64,000 bases of DNA from an uncultured Candidatus Micrarchaeota archaeon. Lineage in GTDB: Archaea > Micrarchaeota > Micrarchaeia > Anstonellales > Bilamarchaeaceae. Below are positions 43,448 through 52,180 of the stretch, in pieces. Position numbers and translations under genes: made by a program. The notes beneath the pieces were generated by a model. The model was not told the DNA's origin. It searched no databases and saw nothing but the letters and a program-made list of their open reading frames with translations. The stretch is taken from assembly GCA_963791815.1 (NCBI GenBank), contig CAWBTT010000002.1:346727-410726 (forward strand), given 5' to 3'. How positions within the stretch are numbered: position 1 is the first letter of the stretch; the number at the start of each line of letters is the position of its first letter.

Positions 43448-45871
43448 ATGGCCAGACCCTGGAGAGACTCTTTACCTAATATTCGCAGACATCCCCTATT
43501 GGTAGGGAATGTGCTTGCTAGTTTTCCACTTAGAAAATCAAGGGCAAAGGAACCTCTTGAGGAGGAACCGATACCTTTGGTCAGAAGAACCCTCAAACCA
43601 CCTGCTTCAGAAAGATTGAAGCTGGTGAAGATGGGAGATGGTGAATCTGTCCAGGATGCAGTGACCCAGAGGAGAACAATTCCCCCAGAGAAAGAGGACA
43701 TTGAACTTGTGGCCCCTGGCATGTTCAGGCTTCCGGTTTCAGATGATGCGCTAACCCATAAGGTGGAGAGGCCAACACACAGAGATGCCATTCCACCAAA
43801 AAGATTGCCTGCTTTTGACGTTGATAGTGTCGAATCTTTCGAAATTGTTCCAAGCGATGTTGTTACTACGCCGAAGAGAATGACACCGTCCCCCGCTCCG
43901 CCGGAGTGGAATGATGACGATTTGGCTACAGCTGAACTTAAGTCTCCTGAAGAATTGAGAGGGGAAGACACAAAGAGCCATATTAGCATTAGTGATTCAG
44001 ACATAATCGGTGTGGCTGATGATGATGAACTCAAATCGCCACAAGAACTCAGGCGCTCCACAAGGCCTCCAATGACAGGTGAGGTTCCTGAGGACCAGCC
44101 TTTATTCTCACTGATGCCAGGAGCATCTGAGAGTTCTGGGGACGACGACACCTCAGTGAACAGGTCACTGAAAGAGCTTGGGGATCTTGAATTGGAGAGG
44201 CGGCTGGCAGAATTTGATGAAGAGGGGGGAGGAGAAGCCGTAAATGGTGACAGTTCGGTAAGTAGAAGCCTCAAAGACCTTGAAAACCTCGAGGTGGAGA
44301 GACAACTGATAGAGCTCGAGGAAGAGGAGAAACAAGAAGCAGAAGCAAAGAGAATTGAACTACTTAGAGTATTGAAAGAGAAACAAAAAAAGATGGAAGC
44401 AGAGGAGAAGGCCAAGAAAGAGGCTAAAAGAAAAGCTGCAGAGGCAGAAGCCAAGGAAAAGCAGAGAATTGCAGCAGAAGAAGCGAAGAAGGCAGAAGAA
44501 GAAAAGCGCGCTCAGGAAGAGGCCGCGCAGTCTGATGAGACAGAAGAAGAGATTCTTGTCGAGGTGGAACTTGGAATCCTCTGGGAGGATGAACACACAA
44601 CATACCGCCTTACTAACGATGAAATAGCAATCTGCGAGCAGGCTTTGCCGAACAGGCAGAGAAGATACATTCTCCCAGTTCCTGAAGAAGACGAGAAAGG
44701 GGCAGAAATGGTAAAGATGGCACTTAAAGATGAAGACAAAGTAAGAATCGCAGGAAAATCATATTTCATAATGGACATGGAATTTGCAGGGGCCAAGATT
44801 GTGGCGAGAGTTGGCAATGTCATTAACGTCTGGCCACACGCAGCTACAAACTATGAGTTCCTTGGAAAGATAGGTGTAGATACCCCTGAATACGATGAAG
44901 TAGAGTGGTCCAACAAAATAATCCTCAAAGTAAGAGATGAGGAAAAGGAAATCGCAGATGGACTTATTCCGCAGAACCGACCAGTGCTGCTGCATCCTGT
45001 GCCTGCGCCATACACAAAGAATCCTTACAATTTGAAAATCATGAAGGACTGCTCAGAGGTTCCAATAGCAGACATAGATGGTGATGAATACTATGTACTT
45101 GAACCTGAGAACATGGCAGTTTGGAGAGAGATTGTATTCAACATGAAAAAAGCCAGGATGGCTGACCGCAGTGGAGACTCCGTCAGCCTCTGGAGCAAAG
45201 CAATCAACGGGTACATACTGTTCTCCGGAGGGGATACTTGCCATCTTGGCAAATACGGCGAACCTTGTGCGCCACTGATTCCAAAAGGGCATAGAGGGAT
45301 TGTTGAGCCATATAATGCAGAAGTGGTTGACATCATGACTGTTTATGCAGATGGCGAGCGAACAAGATACCTCTACCCAATGCCTGATAAAATCAGTGGG
45401 ATGGATGCAGATACGCTCCGTTCACTAATGGTAATAGCAACCGGCTACGTGGATAAGGAAAACCACTCCCCCCTCATTTCACTGCGAGGAAGATGGTACA
45501 TGGCGCTTGAATTCCCATGGCAGGGAGCAAGAAAAACAAGCTATGAAGATGGCGCGATAACGATCCACAGTGAGGATAATGGTGAGAGCAAGTTCAGGAA
45601 AATGCAGCTTGAACTCCAGCAAAAAAGAGAAGAGAATGAGGCTCCAATCGTAAAACTTCCGAGCGACCCTGAGCAGAGAGTTCGTCTTATGCAGAGATTC
45701 CCAGAGCACAAGTCAAGATATCTCCTCGCAGTTGCCGAGAACGTAGAAACACAGGCTCCGGATGTCTGGATAAAGAACGGGGATGAAGCTACAAGATATC
45801 TTGTTTTCGATAAGCCAGTCCAGGGTGCTTTTGAAGTCAAAAGAGTCAAGGATGACATCAAAAGGACCTAG
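43448..45871 (+). CDS. Large hypothetical protein: disordered acidic repeat N-terminus, KE-rich coiled coil, repeated C-terminal modules
   Basis: 807 aa. Tandem SVNRSLKELGDLELERRLAEFDEE / SVSRSLKDLENLEVERQLIELEEE. KEAKRKAAEAEAKEKQRIAAEEAKKAEEEKRAQEE. C-terminal recurring R-[RY]-[YL]-L-x-P-[VM]P modules. Confidence 0.6.
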   Translation: MARPWRDSLPNIRRHPLLVGNVLASFPLRKSRAKEPLEEEPIPLVRRTLKPPASERLKLVKMGDGESVQDAVTQRRTIPPEKEDIELVAPGMFRLPVSDDALTHKVERPTHRDAIPPKRLPAFDVDSVESFEIVPSDVVTTPKRMTPSPAPPEWNDDDLATAELKSPEELRGEDTKSHISISDSDIIGVADDDELKSPQELRRSTRPPMTGEVPEDQPLFSLMPGASESSGDDDTSVNRSLKELGDLELERRLAEFDEEGGGEAVNGDSSVSRSLKDLENLEVERQLIELEEEEKQEAEAKRIELLRVLKEKQKKMEAEEKAKKEAKRKAAEAEAKEKQRIAAEEAKKAEEEKRAQEEAAQSDETEEEILVEVELGILWEDEHTTYRLTNDEIAICEQALPNRQRRYILPVPEEDEKGAEMVKMALKDEDKVRIAGKSYFIMDMEFAGAKIVARVGNVINVWPHAATNYEFLGKIGVDTPEYDEVEWSNKIILKVRDEEKEIADGLIPQNRPVLLHPVPAPYTKNPYNLKIMKDCSEVPIADIDGDEYYVLEPENMAVWREIVFNMKKARMADRSGDSVSLWSKAINGYILFSGGDTCHLGKYGEPCAPLIPKGHRGIVEPYNAEVVDIMTVYADGERTRYLYPMPDKISGMDADTLRSLMVIATGYVDKENHSPLISLRGRWYMALEFPWQGARKTSYEDGAITIHSEDNGESKFRKMQLELQQKREENEAPIVKLPSDPEQRVRLMQRFPEHKSRYLLAVAENVETQAPDVWIKNGDEATRYLVFDKPVQGAFEVKRVKDDIKRT

Positions 45872-45923
45872 CGGAAATGACCCCTCAAAACGAATTATAA
45901 AGCTCCAGTGAGAAGTCTTCCCT

Positions 45924-47087
45924 ATGGGAATGGGCAAGGGAGCATACCTTAAGAAAATCACCTCAGGCACTATGAAATGGAAAAGCATAGAGGTAGATGA
46001 AAAACTGGATGGCAGCTCCCCGCCTTCTGTGTTTATTGGAAGCTATGGCTACCCTAAGGTGGCTGTCGGCCCGATGCTGACCCCATCCCATGGCGACACG
46101 ATTGTGATGGACACTCCAGAGTCCTGGATACCAAGAAAATACGGGCAGGAGGATATCATCAAGTTCAGGCTTGACCTTGTCAGAGGAAAGAAAGAGGTCG
46201 GAATAAAGGATGTTGATAATTCCCTGGTCCGGAAAATCCAGGAGATTTCACTCGCGTCAAAATCAGTTGAGAGCGAGGTCCAGTTCAGGCACAAGCCAAG
46301 AGGAGTTAGCTTCAATGAGGAACACCAGCCTTTCGGCCCAAGCGCCAATCTTGAGAAGTTTGATATTGGGAATGTGCGCTGGGACCAGCATCTTGAGAAA
46401 GCGTATTATGACACTGACTGGAAGGCTGGAGGCGCAGTTTTTGACATGTATGATGAGGGGGTGGGATTCTCCCAGATTCAGAAGGCATTCTCAACAGGGA
46501 CAATGGGCCTTGGCAAGAATAGGAGGCTTGTTCCGACAAGATGGTCGATAACCGCGGTTGACACGATTCTGGCGAACGGGCTTTTTGAGAAAGTAAAATA
46601 CTTTGACACTGTACAGAATTACATGGTCTACGAGTTTTCCAGCCTGAACAACTATTACGCTGTAATCCTCACGCCAACCCCATGGCAGTATGAGTGGATT
46701 GAGGCATTCATACATGTACTTGGCAAGGAAGAGATGATTTTCGCTGACCATGAGTACACCAAGGGAAAGAAGGAGTACTCTTCTGTTGGTGGATGCTATT
46801 ACAGCTGCAAATTTGCCGCTCTCGAGGCACTTGAAAAGATGAAAAAGCAGGCAGGAGTGCTTGTCCTTAGGGAAGCGTATGAAGGATATGTGCCTCTTGG
46901 AGTTTTCAATGTCAGGGAGAATGTCCGCCACGCGCTTATGCAGAAGCCAAAGGAATTCGAATCCTACAGGGCGACATTGAATTATGTTTCAACAAAACTG
47001 AAACTGCCAATGTCAAAATTCATGGATACGGGAACACTGATTAGGGAACTTCTAAAATCCCGGCAGACCACGCTGACTAATTCGTAA
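45924..47087 (+). CDS. Nre-like (archaeal DUF650/DUF651-type) putative DNA repair protein
   Basis: 387 aa. [24 protein letters not shown] resembles the Nre N-terminal block as I recall it. This assignment is from memory and was not searched. Confidence 0.45.
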   Translation: MGMGKGAYLKKITSGTMKWKSIEVDEKLDGSSPPSVFIGSYGYPKVAVGPMLTPSHGDTIVMDTPESWIPRKYGQEDIIKFRLDLVRGKKEVGIKDVDNSLVRKIQEISLASKSVESEVQFRHKPRGVSFNEEHQPFGPSANLEKFDIGNVRWDQHLEKAYYDTDWKAGGAVFDMYDEGVGFSQIQKAFSTGTMGLGKNRRLVPTRWSITAVDTILANGLFEKVKYFDTVQNYMVYEFSSLNNYYAVILTPTPWQYEWIEAFIHVLGKEEMIFADHEYTKGKKEYSSVGGCYYSCKFAALEALEKMKKQAGVLVLREAYEGYVPLGVFNVRENVRHALMQKPKEFESYRATLNYVSTKLKLPMSKFMDTGTLIRELLKSRQTTLTNS

Positions 47088-47103
47088 AAAGAATAGGAAA
47101 AAA

Positions 47104-47802
47104 TTAGGCTCTCATAAGAGAGTACTTTTCCTCAAGGTTGAGGAATGAAAGGTCGATTCTTGCAGAAACGTATTTCAGCGCAGTAGTTACTGCAATGAAT
47201 GATACGCTTATACCCGCAGCGAAAAGAAGCCTTTCGAAAGCGACGATTGGTATCAGTCCAAACCATACCTCAGCCGGAATATTGAATGCGTAAAGGTATG
47301 CAACTGAGCCGATTGCGTGCGCAGTGAAGGTTGAACCCAAACTCCTGGCAAACAGGTTCTTCTTATAGAATGAAGCAAGCACCGGGATGACCCAAAAGAG
47401 CGAGTATATCCAGGCAATGTTTCCTTCAGGATGCAGCCAGAAAAGCACCATTGCAATTGGACCAACAATAGCCGCAAGCTTGTTCTTTGTAGCGAAATAA
47501 AGCGCTGCGAATGCCATTGTGAAGAAACTCACAATGACTGGAATCTCAAGCATCTGGCCAGTAAGAATAAAGTTGGAAACTGACACTGCGAGGATTGCCG
47601 CAACACCGCCAATCGGACCCAGTATCCCACCGGCAATCGGGCCGATGAACTGGAAGAACGTGAAGCTTGGTGATGGTTCCACACCAATGATTTGCGCGAA
47701 ATTAAACTGGAAAAGCAGGAGTGCAAGTGCTGAAAAAAGCAAGAAGAAAGCAATCTGCCTGCTACCTATATCTAAACCAAACATTTTCATTTGAACAAGC
47801 AC
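47104..47802 (-). CDS. Polytopic membrane protein (6-7 TM), unknown function
   Basis: 232 aa, hydrophobic throughout. Divergent from folC, so an ECF-S/vitamin-transporter role is only a guess. Confidence 0.5.
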   Translation of the reverse strand: MLVQMKMFGLDIGSRQIAFFLLFSALALLLFQFNFAQIIGVEPSPSFTFFQFIGPIAGGILGPIGGVAAILAVSVSNFILTGQMLEIPVIVSFFTMAFAALYFATKNKLAAIVGPIAMVLFWLHPEGNIAWIYSLFWVIPVLASFYKKNLFARSLGSTFTAHAIGSVAYLYAFNIPAEVWFGLIPIVAFERLLFAAGISVSFIAVTTALKYVSARIDLSFLNLEEKYSLMRA

Positions 47803-47840
47803 CTCTTAGATAATGTTAAATTAAATGGTAGCGATTTAAA

Positions 47841-49160
47841 ATGCAGTGTTTTTCGATGAAAGACTACTTATATTCACTGCGAAACAGCGGCGCAAAGCTC
47901 GGCCTTGAGAGGGTAGAGCGCCTTGCAAAGGCACTTGAAAACCCCCAAAATAGTTACAAGGTGGTGCTTGTGGGCGGCACCAGCGGAAAAGGCTCAAGCG
48001 CCGCCATGATTTCATCAATCCTGAAAGAATCCGGATTGAAAGTAGGAACTTTCATCAGCCCCCATCTTTCCAGCCTGACAGAAAGAATCAGGATTGATGG
48101 AAAGGAGATAACTGAGGGGAGAATGAACAGGCTCATCAGGAAGATAGAGAATGTAATTGATGAGATTAAGGATTCAGAAGGCTTTGAGCACCCCACCTTT
48201 TTCGAAGTGGTAGCAGTTGCCGCGATGCTTTGTTTCAAGGAAGAGGAAGTTGATTACGCTGTAATGGAAGTCGGGCTTGGGGGACGGCTTGATGCTACCA
48301 ATATTACTGAACCAGAGATTTGCGTAATAACAAACATTTCCCTTGAGCACACCAGGATTCTTGGGGATACAGTGGTCAAGATAGCTGGTGAAAAGGCAGG
48401 GATTATCAGGAAGGACAGAACGCTCATCACAGCTGCAACTGGTGAGGCTCTTGCCGTATTTGAAAAAACCTGCAAGGAGAAAAACTGCAATATTTCCAGG
48501 GTTGGAAATGAAATCAAGGTAAAGAGAATCAGCACAGGCATGGATGGCCAGAAATTTGTGGTTTCTGCAAATGGAAATGATTACGAACTTTTCACCCCGC
48601 TTCTTGGGCTCCATCAGCTTGAGAATGCCGCATGTGCAGTTGGTGCTGCTCTTGCATTGAAAATGCCTGAAGAGGCAATCAGAAAGGGGATTGGGAATGT
48701 TGAGTGGCCTGGCAGGCTTGAGATTGTGCAGAAAAATCCAATGGTGGTTCTGGACTGCGCAAAGGATGCTGTTGCAGCGGCGAGGCTTAGGGAAACGGTT
48801 GAGAATGATTTGGAATTTGTTAATCTGATTCTTGTTTTTGGAGTCTCAAATGACAAAAGTATTGAGAAAATGGCTGCCGAGCTCGCTGGGATTGCACAAA
48901 TCACAGTTGTCACGGAGCACAAAGTCATGGACAGGGCAGCAGAAGCAGATGGAGTTGCACAGATTATTGCGAAATACTGTGAAAAATGCACCGTTGCATA
49001 TGATGTAAAGGAAGCAGTGCGCGCTGCGCTTTCTCTTGCAAAGCCAAAAGACCTAATCCTTGTCACTGGCTCAATTTTCACTGTTGGCGAGGCCCGCGAA
49101 ATATGGCATCCAAAGAATGGAAATCTGGGGAGAGGACTCAACGAGGTTCCAAGGAGATGA
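47841..49160 (+). CDS. folC: Folylpolyglutamate synthase/dihydrofolate synthase (Mur ligase family)
   Basis: 439 aa. VGGTSGKGSSAAMISSIL...FISPHLSSLTERIRIDG, typical of FolC. Confidence 0.85.
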   Translation: MQCFSMKDYLYSLRNSGAKLGLERVERLAKALENPQNSYKVVLVGGTSGKGSSAAMISSILKESGLKVGTFISPHLSSLTERIRIDGKEITEGRMNRLIRKIENVIDEIKDSEGFEHPTFFEVVAVAAMLCFKEEEVDYAVMEVGLGGRLDATNITEPEICVITNISLEHTRILGDTVVKIAGEKAGIIRKDRTLITAATGEALAVFEKTCKEKNCNISRVGNEIKVKRISTGMDGQKFVVSANGNDYELFTPLLGLHQLENAACAVGAALALKMPEEAIRKGIGNVEWPGRLEIVQKNPMVVLDCAKDAVAAARLRETVENDLEFVNLILVFGVSNDKSIEKMAAELAGIAQITVVTEHKVMDRAAEADGVAQIIAKYCEKCTVAYDVKEAVRAALSLAKPKDLILVTGSIFTVGEAREIWHPKNGNLGRGLNEVPRR

Positions 49161-49190
49161 TTTTTTATAGATTGGGGTAAATTATAGGCC

Positions 49191-50456
49191 ATGAACTTCC
49201 GCTATGCGATATTGTTGCTTCTTTTGTCACAATTTGCCTTTGCAGATTGTGTCGGATACACAGACGAATTCGATGTGAGGGTTTTGGACGGCAACCTGAA
49301 ACCCGTGCAAAATGCAGATGTTTGGATAAAATTCGACCGTGGAACCTTGTTTGGAGAGCAGTATTTCACAACTGAGCCCAGAAAATCAGATGCGCAGGGA
49401 CTTGTGCATTTCAAGATACTCAATCAGGGAACCACTACCAGGGACATTGACTGTGACATAGACATTGGAGCATCTGCTGGCGGAAGCAGCAACAAGACAG
49501 AGGTTGAGGCCAATATCCACGGGCCCATTGTCGACATTAAACTGGATATCTATGCAGTTAAGTTTTATGTCAGGGACCAGCTGAATGCGCCTATTGAGAA
49601 CGCTTCTGTAACAATTGGCAACAACAGCGGCAAGACAAACCAGTATGGGTATGTGAAGTATGTCTACAAGAAAGGCACATATGACTATTTCGCAAGCTAC
49701 CAGATTGCCAGCCAGGCCGGAACGCTGGATGTTGATGAGGATGTTGAGTTTGCGGTGATTTTCCCATGGTACAAAATATCACTTGATGTGACTGATGATT
49801 ATGGAGAGCCTTTGCCTGCGACTTTGAACATACTAAACTCATCATTTGTGCTTACAAATGGGCATTTCGAGAACAACCGCTCATATAATGATATTATCGA
49901 TTACAAGGTAAGCTACAAGGGAATAGAGAAAAGTGGGACCATCGACGCCACCAAGACGCCGAGTGTGGATCTTGTACTTGACATCCACGCCCCGCTATTT
50001 GGCTCAATTGCATCTGAAACAACTGGAATGAGACCAAAACTAAACATTCCAATCAGCGACCCTGGAGATTATCCATCAGGGCTCGATATACAGACGCTCA
50101 AGGTCAACTACAGGCTAGAGCCTGCCGATGCTACAACACCATGGAATAACGCTCTGGTGTTTACGACAGGTTTTAATAGTTTTGCGGCAGAATTCCCTGA
50201 GTTGCCTTCCAACAGCATCATCCAGTTCAGGATTGAAGCCAAGGACAAGGCAGGGAACAAAGCTACTGTCGATGGGAAATTTTCCACATTGACAGGTACA
50301 ACCGAAACTAACGTCACACAAAACCAGACAAATCCACAAGAAACAGTTGAAGATGGACAGGGAATACCACTTTGGGTCATTCTCGTTGGGGTAATTGTTG
50401 TGATTTTGGCAGTTTATTTGGTAATTCGCTCAAAATCGAGCGGAATGGAGGGTTGA
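49191..50456 (+). CDS. Secreted, C-terminally anchored surface (glyco)protein with carboxypeptidase-regulatory-like beta repeats
   Basis: 421 aa. Signal peptide ILLLLLSQFAFA. Repeated beta modules. Many N-x-S/T sequons (NASV, NNSG, NSSF, NVTQNQT). C-terminal TM LWVILVGVIVVILAVYLVI. Confidence 0.55.
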   Translation: MNFRYAILLLLLSQFAFADCVGYTDEFDVRVLDGNLKPVQNADVWIKFDRGTLFGEQYFTTEPRKSDAQGLVHFKILNQGTTTRDIDCDIDIGASAGGSSNKTEVEANIHGPIVDIKLDIYAVKFYVRDQLNAPIENASVTIGNNSGKTNQYGYVKYVYKKGTYDYFASYQIASQAGTLDVDEDVEFAVIFPWYKISLDVTDDYGEPLPATLNILNSSFVLTNGHFENNRSYNDIIDYKVSYKGIEKSGTIDATKTPSVDLVLDIHAPLFGSIASETTGMRPKLNIPISDPGDYPSGLDIQTLKVNYRLEPADATTPWNNALVFTTGFNSFAAEFPELPSNSIIQFRIEAKDKAGNKATVDGKFSTLTGTTETNVTQNQTNPQETVEDGQGIPLWVILVGVIVVILAVYLVIRSKSSGMEG

Positions 50457-50495
50457 GAGCACAAACATTATGTTTATAAACTGTGTGTTTTATAG

Positions 50496-50516
50496 TATGT
50501 ATGATAAACATACATA
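50496..50516. promoter_or_regulatory. Perfect inverted repeat TATGTATG-N5-CATACATA upstream of the triple-HTH gene
   Basis: 8-bp arms with an ATAAA spacer, 20-40 nt upstream of the 50538/50547 start. Just downstream of a TTTATAAA TATA box (50473..50480). Confidence 0.4.
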
Positions 50517-50537
50517 TTCATAAATTATAATATTTAG

Positions 50538-51278
50538 GTGAATGCCATGCCTCGAGGAAAGAAGATTATTATCGAAACCGATATAGATGACGACTTTGTG
50601 GACAGATTCAAGTCCATTGACGTCGGAGAGATACGGAAGGACAGGGAGAAAACCGAAAAGGGTTTGTCCACGTCCATATCCAGTGTGTTCAAGGTCGCCC
50701 AGAACCTCTACCGTCAGAAGGCTTCAGAGGATGAATTAGAGGGCAAACACGAACTCTACTCAGTACGTTCTGCTTACGATTATCTCAAGAATAACGGAGT
50801 TTTCATATCCTTCAGGGCATTTGGAGGAAGAATCGAGCGAGGCACTATTCCATTCGTAAAGGTGGGCAGAAAGAGATACATCCCAAGAAGCGTGCTTGAT
50901 GACATTGTCAGCACAAAGGGAGAGTTCCACACCGTCAAAGAGGCATACGAGCAATACAGAAAATCAAACCCGAAAATAAACTTCAGGGCATTCATTGGCA
51001 GGATTGAGAAGGGCTCAATTCCATCAGTCAAGTTCGGGACAAGAAGGCTCGTACCCAGAGACGCGATTGAGTCTTTGACCCACATCAGCTCAAACTACTA
51101 CTCAGTCAGCCAGGCAATTCGGGAATTGCATAAATCAACCATCAGAATCAAGAGGAATGCATTCGAAAGGCGCCTGGACAGAGGAAGAATCCCACATGTC
51201 AAGATTGGCGGAAGGAGATTCATCCACGAGGACGTTCTGAGAGAGCTTATCAACAAAGAAGTCTCTCTTAGGAAATAA
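50538..51278 (+). CDS. Protein with three tandem excisionase/MerR-type HTH (HTH_17-like) repeats
   Basis: 246 aa. Three repeats: FRAFGGRIERGTIPFVKVGRKRYIPRSVLDDI / FRAFIGRIEKGSIPSVKFGTRRLVPRDAIESL / RNAFERRLDRGRIPHVKIGGRRFIHEDVLREL. A likely ATG start at 50547. Confidence 0.65.
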   Translation: MNAMPRGKKIIIETDIDDDFVDRFKSIDVGEIRKDREKTEKGLSTSISSVFKVAQNLYRQKASEDELEGKHELYSVRSAYDYLKNNGVFISFRAFGGRIERGTIPFVKVGRKRYIPRSVLDDIVSTKGEFHTVKEAYEQYRKSNPKINFRAFIGRIEKGSIPSVKFGTRRLVPRDAIESLTHISSNYYSVSQAIRELHKSTIRIKRNAFERRLDRGRIPHVKIGGRRFIHEDVLRELINKEVSLRK

Positions 51279-51373
51279 TCTTTTTCTTTAATTTTATCTT
51301 ATTTTACCACTGTTTATAATTATTATCGTATATATCTACTTATTACGACAGTTATTGAAACGGGTAGGTAGAG

Positions 51374-52144
51374 ATGGGAATGGAGAAACTGAATAACCCT
51401 GAATCCAAAGAGGCAATGTTCAACCGAAAGGAATCCCGCCCCAACAAACCCAAATATCGCATAGGCCTAGTTGAAAGGCCAATGGACCCTGTTCGCACCA
51501 TGACCCGAGAACAGACAGAACATATAATGAAAAAGGGCAGCTGCGCCCAGATTCTAGGTGTACTCGAGTGCGGAAGGATTGAGACTCAAGACAGATACAG
51601 GGAACCAGGCCAGGCAGTGAACTTACCTGAGGACTTGCAAGAAGGCCTTGCCCAAAGGGCATATAACAAGAGAAAACTACACAAGAAACTGATTAGCGGA
51701 GCCACATTCACAGGAGTAATTGCACTTGCTGCGATAGGAGCGTACATTACACGCGGGGCATTTGTGGCTGTTCTGCCGACACTTGTGGCTGCATACTACC
51801 TTGCAAGGCATCTACGGTTCAAGACAAACAAGTGGATTGAGGCCTCCTGCGCAATTAAGAGCAATAATGTCAGCTCTGAAACCGCCATGGATACTCTTTA
51901 TAGGATGGCGAGGCAGGATTCCAGATCTGTTGACCCCATAGAAAAGGCCATGGTTACGGATTCGATTAATGGTCAGGGATTCTACGTGACTCGGGAGATT
52001 GAAGTCAAGAAATGCAAACCACTCCCAAATGGAAAGGTTCCAACTAAAGTACGGATTGGCACTCAGGATGAGATAATGCAAGAGATACAGGCCGAAGCAG
52101 AGCATCAGGCTGCAGAAGAAGCGGCAAAGACAGCCAGAGCATAA
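51374..52144 (+). CDS. Hypothetical two-TM membrane protein
   Basis: 256 aa. Central hydrophobic hairpin (GATFTGVIALAAIGAYI / AVLPTLVAAYYLA). No family recognised. Confidence 0.45.
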   Translation: MGMEKLNNPESKEAMFNRKESRPNKPKYRIGLVERPMDPVRTMTREQTEHIMKKGSCAQILGVLECGRIETQDRYREPGQAVNLPEDLQEGLAQRAYNKRKLHKKLISGATFTGVIALAAIGAYITRGAFVAVLPTLVAAYYLARHLRFKTNKWIEASCAIKSNNVSSETAMDTLYRMARQDSRSVDPIEKAMVTDSINGQGFYVTREIEVKKCKPLPNGKVPTKVRIGTQDEIMQEIQAEAEHQAAEEAAKTARA

Positions 52145-52180
52145 TGAATCCTTCTTATTCTTTGCTTTCGAAACTAGAAT

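Noticed and set aside
43429-44454. 341-aa minus-strand ORF overlapping the start of 43448..45871
   Set aside because: It is an extreme Ser/Leu/Phe low-complexity product, antisense to a GAA/GAG/AAG-rich region. It would also leave little room for a tRNA-Gly promoter. The plus-strand ORF continues into an 807-aa coherent protein.
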